DNA of 64,000 bases from Squalus acanthias (Eukaryota). The notes below the pieces were generated by a model, which did no database searches, had not been told where the DNA came from, and worked only from the letters and a program-made list of their open reading frames with translations. Below, one piece after another: positions 61,382 to 64,000 of this stretch (its first letter is position 1; each line of letters opens with the position of its first letter). Position numbers and translations under genes: made by a program. Location: contig CM059433.1 of the NCBI GenBank assembly GCA_030390025.1, forward strand, positions 14,820,001 through 14,884,000, read 5' to 3'.

Positions 61382-62210
61382 TCCCATATCCCTTCTACTC
61401 CTTTTCCTTCACTGAACAATATTGAGGAATAATGGCAATGCTACTAAGGACTTGAAAAAGAGTCTGAATATCGAATACATTCAAATTGTTCAAACAACCA
61501 AAAACCTGATTGAGTTGCAATTATTGCATAGTTGAAATGTTGGAAGACTTTCTTGACTAGAAAGGAGAATTCAGAATGAAAGATAGGTCACATAGTTTAC
61601 ATCAATAATTATATTTCAGGATGTCAAAGAAACTGACCTCAGGGCTGAATAAAACAAATATGTGAAATAAAACACCCATATTGTACATAAAATGCGAAGG
61701 GGTAAAAGTTCAGTTGGTTGCGCCTCCCGTTAGCGCCTTAAATGGGCGCTAATGGGGCGTTAAGGCGCTAACGCCCGGGCGCGGCGCTGTTTGCGCCGCT
61801 CGAGAACTTAACTTGAGATTGTGCGGCGGCGCTAAAACTTACCGCTGCGACCACCTGCGCGCGCAGATTGTGACGTCAGTCCGTGGTGCAACGCCCTTGG
61901 GGCGCCCCGGAGCGGAAATTGAGTGGCGCCCCCTGCCTTACCGCCTGGCGCTTCCAACGACCGGAAGACTGGAACGTTATCAATCGGTGTGGGGCTGGGG
62001 GGGGCGCTATTTAAAGGGGGCCTCTTCCTGTCTTTTTCTGTGGTCGACATTTATGCACCACTCGTTCTGAGAGAGAGAGAGAGATTCGGAGAGAGAGAGA
62101 GAGAGACTTCTACATTGACTCAACGCTTTGTGAGGTAGTTTTGCCTAGTTCATCCTAACTTTGCTGCTACTTTCGTTGCTGTACCTCATTACTTTTCTGG
62201 CAAAGAGAAG

Positions 62211-63371
62211 ATGGGGGCTGCAATGATTGGGGGCGTCGTCCTGCTCCAGCTCAATCGGAGCAGAGTGAGACGCAGACAGAGAGTGGCAATGATGGCCAGA
62301 CGGAGGAGGCCCATCAGGCGCATGTACAGGAGAGCTTACCCTCCCAGGGTATATCGTGAACAGCTCTCCTACATCCACATGTCCGAGGAGCTGTGTTTGC
62401 GAAGGCTGCGATTCAGCAAGGAGGTGGTCACTGAGCTCTGCCACCTGCTGCAGCCAGATCTGCAGCCTCAGCTGAGGTCCAGGACGTCTCTGTCGGTGGC
62501 AGTGAAGGTCACAGTGGCCTTGAACTTCTACGCCACTGGCTCATTCCAAGCTGCTGTTGGGGACCTCGCCAATATCTCCCAGTTTGCGGTGCATCGCTGC
62601 ATCCGGCAGGTCACCAATGCCCTCTTCACAAGGAGACGAGACTTCATCTCCTTCCCTATGACCCCAGACAAGCAGCATGACCGTGCTATGGGCTTTGCGA
62701 GGGTAGCGGGCTTCCCCATGGTGCAGGGCGCCATTGACTGCACGCATGTGGCTTTGCGTGCTCCGCGAGAGAATGCAGAGGAGTTCCGGAACAGAAAAGG
62801 GTTCCATTCCTTGAATGTGCAGTTGGTCTGTGACCACAGACAGGTGATTTTCGCTGTCAATGCCCACTATCCGGGCAGCTGCCACGATGCTTTCATCCTG
62901 CGCCAGAGTACTGTGGCAGAAATTTTCGAGGCACCGCATCAGCCAGTCGGTTGGCTTCTGGGGGACAAGGGGTACGCATTGAGCACCTGGCTGATGACAC
63001 CGCTCCGTGCGCCAAACACCCCTGCTGAGCTGCGGTACCAGGAAAGCCAACAAGCAACGAGGAACATTATTGAGCGCACAATCGGCGTGCTCAAACAACG
63101 ATTCCGCTGTCTGGACCATTCCGGAGGAGCCCTGCAGTACTCGCCTGAGCAAGTTTCCAAATTCGTAGTGGTGTGCTGCATGTTGCACAACATGGCAATC
63201 CTCAGGACGCAGCCAATGCCACCAGGCCTTGCAGCACCACAAGAGGAGGAGGAGGAAGAGGAGGAACTGGCCGAGGACGATGATCAGCAGCAGCACCAAG
63301 GCAGGAGGGCGGCCCACAATGGTCAAACTGCAAGGGCCGTCCGTCAACGACTAATAGCAAGCCGCTTCTAG
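62211..63371 (+). CDS. Harbinger transposase (HARBI1-like, DDE_Tnp_4), 386 aa
   Basis: ATG-to-TAG ORF with GAIDCTHV, NRKGFHSLNVQLVCD, GSCHDAFIL, LLGDKGY, IERTIGVLKQRFRCL and an acidic tail. Confidence 0.93.
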   Translation: MGAAMIGGVVLLQLNRSRVRRRQRVAMMARRRRPIRRMYRRAYPPRVYREQLSYIHMSEELCLRRLRFSKEVVTELCHLLQPDLQPQLRSRTSLSVAVKVTVALNFYATGSFQAAVGDLANISQFAVHRCIRQVTNALFTRRRDFISFPMTPDKQHDRAMGFARVAGFPMVQGAIDCTHVALRAPRENAEEFRNRKGFHSLNVQLVCDHRQVIFAVNAHYPGSCHDAFILRQSTVAEIFEAPHQPVGWLLGDKGYALSTWLMTPLRAPNTPAELRYQESQQATRNIIERTIGVLKQRFRCLDHSGGALQYSPEQVSKFVVVCCMLHNMAILRTQPMPPGLAAPQEEEEEEEELAEDDDQQQHQGRRAAHNGQTARAVRQRLIASRF

Positions 63372-63665
63372 GGCCCCTGCCAGTGCTACAAACACGAATC
63401 AACCCAGCACGCAACCCCTAAGCCGGCCAAGGCACCAATAATTCCAACCACCAGCCATGTATATTTTGAATACAGAAACTTATTTATTGTACAAACTCTG
63501 TGTGTGTCAATTCCTCATGACAAACTCATAGAAATAAACACAAAAAAACAGTCAATAACATAACTGGTTCTCACAACCTGGAGATAATGTCCAAAACACT
63601 AAACAAAAGTTGGGCCATGAACCTCGGCCTTTAATAAAAAAATGACCAGCATTTTGGCACACCTC

Positions 63666-64000
63666 CTACTTTTTGCCCTTCGAGGGTGATCTCCTTCCCT
63701 TGCGCACTTCCCCCCTTCTAACCCTACTGCTCCTCCGTAATGGGACCTCAGTGGCTGCAGCAAGGCTGGTGGAAGGCTGCTGCTTGTCAGACCCTGACAC
63801 TGCAGATGCCCCTGAAGGACGGCCTCGACCACTTCTGGGCCTGGAGGGCCCGGCTGCAGACTGCACCAACTCTGCATGGGCGGCAGCAGTCTGTCCTACA
63901 GGCGGTGGCAAGTGCAGTGGAGAAGTGACAGTGTTGGCAGCAGGAATGCTGTCATCGTGAGAGAGGACAGCAACTCCCTGCTCGCCCGACACACTGGCAC
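63666..64000 (-). CDS. C-terminal part of the Harbinger Myb/SANT partner protein
   Basis: Open frame ...QSAAGPSRPRSGRGRP..QQPSTSLAAATEVPLRRSSRVRRG..KGKK*, homologous to 23820-24100. Confidence 0.7.
   Translation of the reverse strand, partial: ASVSGEQGVAVLSHDDSIPAANTVTSPLHLPPPVGQTAAAHAELVQSAAGPSRPRSGRGRPSGASAVSGSDKQQPSTSLAAATEVPLRRSSRVRRGEVRKGRRSPSKGKK

Larger units (their letters stand above)
61699..64000 (+). mobile_element. Apparently intact PIF/Harbinger transposon, right part outside window
   Basis: Left terminus ggggtaaaagttcagttgg, CpG-rich subterminal region, (GA)n at 62069-62106, intact transposase, convergent partner ORF. Confidence 0.9.

Noticed and set aside
62541..63347. 268-aa antisense ORF
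   Set aside because: Shadow of the transposase codon bias; no motifs
62211..63371. Host HARBI1 gene
   Set aside because: Lies within TIR-bearing transposon context with decayed paralogues nearby, so no gene symbol was assigned

Overview
Eukaryotic, repeat-dominated DNA with no recognisable host protein-coding exon. The repeat families (CR1/HER1-like LINEs, Deu-domain tRNA SINEs, Penelope-like termini, GC-rich Harbinger MITEs) point to a cartilaginous fish, probably a shark (inference). It holds many 5'-truncated CR1 copies, L2 fragments, a probable LTR at the left edge, a Gypsy integrase relic and several PIF/Harbinger elements with MITEs. One Harbinger has an intact 386-aa DDE transposase. 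A fossil pogo/Tigger transposon is split over about 9.7 kb by nested insertions. The most striking item is a 3.17-kb TSD-flanked LINE (39887-43057). It starts with a tRNA-like A/B-box head, has no ORF1, runs almost directly into an APE-RT ORF, and has no TTTT run on its sense strand, which suggests a protein-coding retrotransposon transcribed by RNA polymerase III. Several locally templated inverted or mosaic duplications are also visible. Family names come from pattern recognition, not database searches. Boundaries are approximate unless a TSD is quoted.
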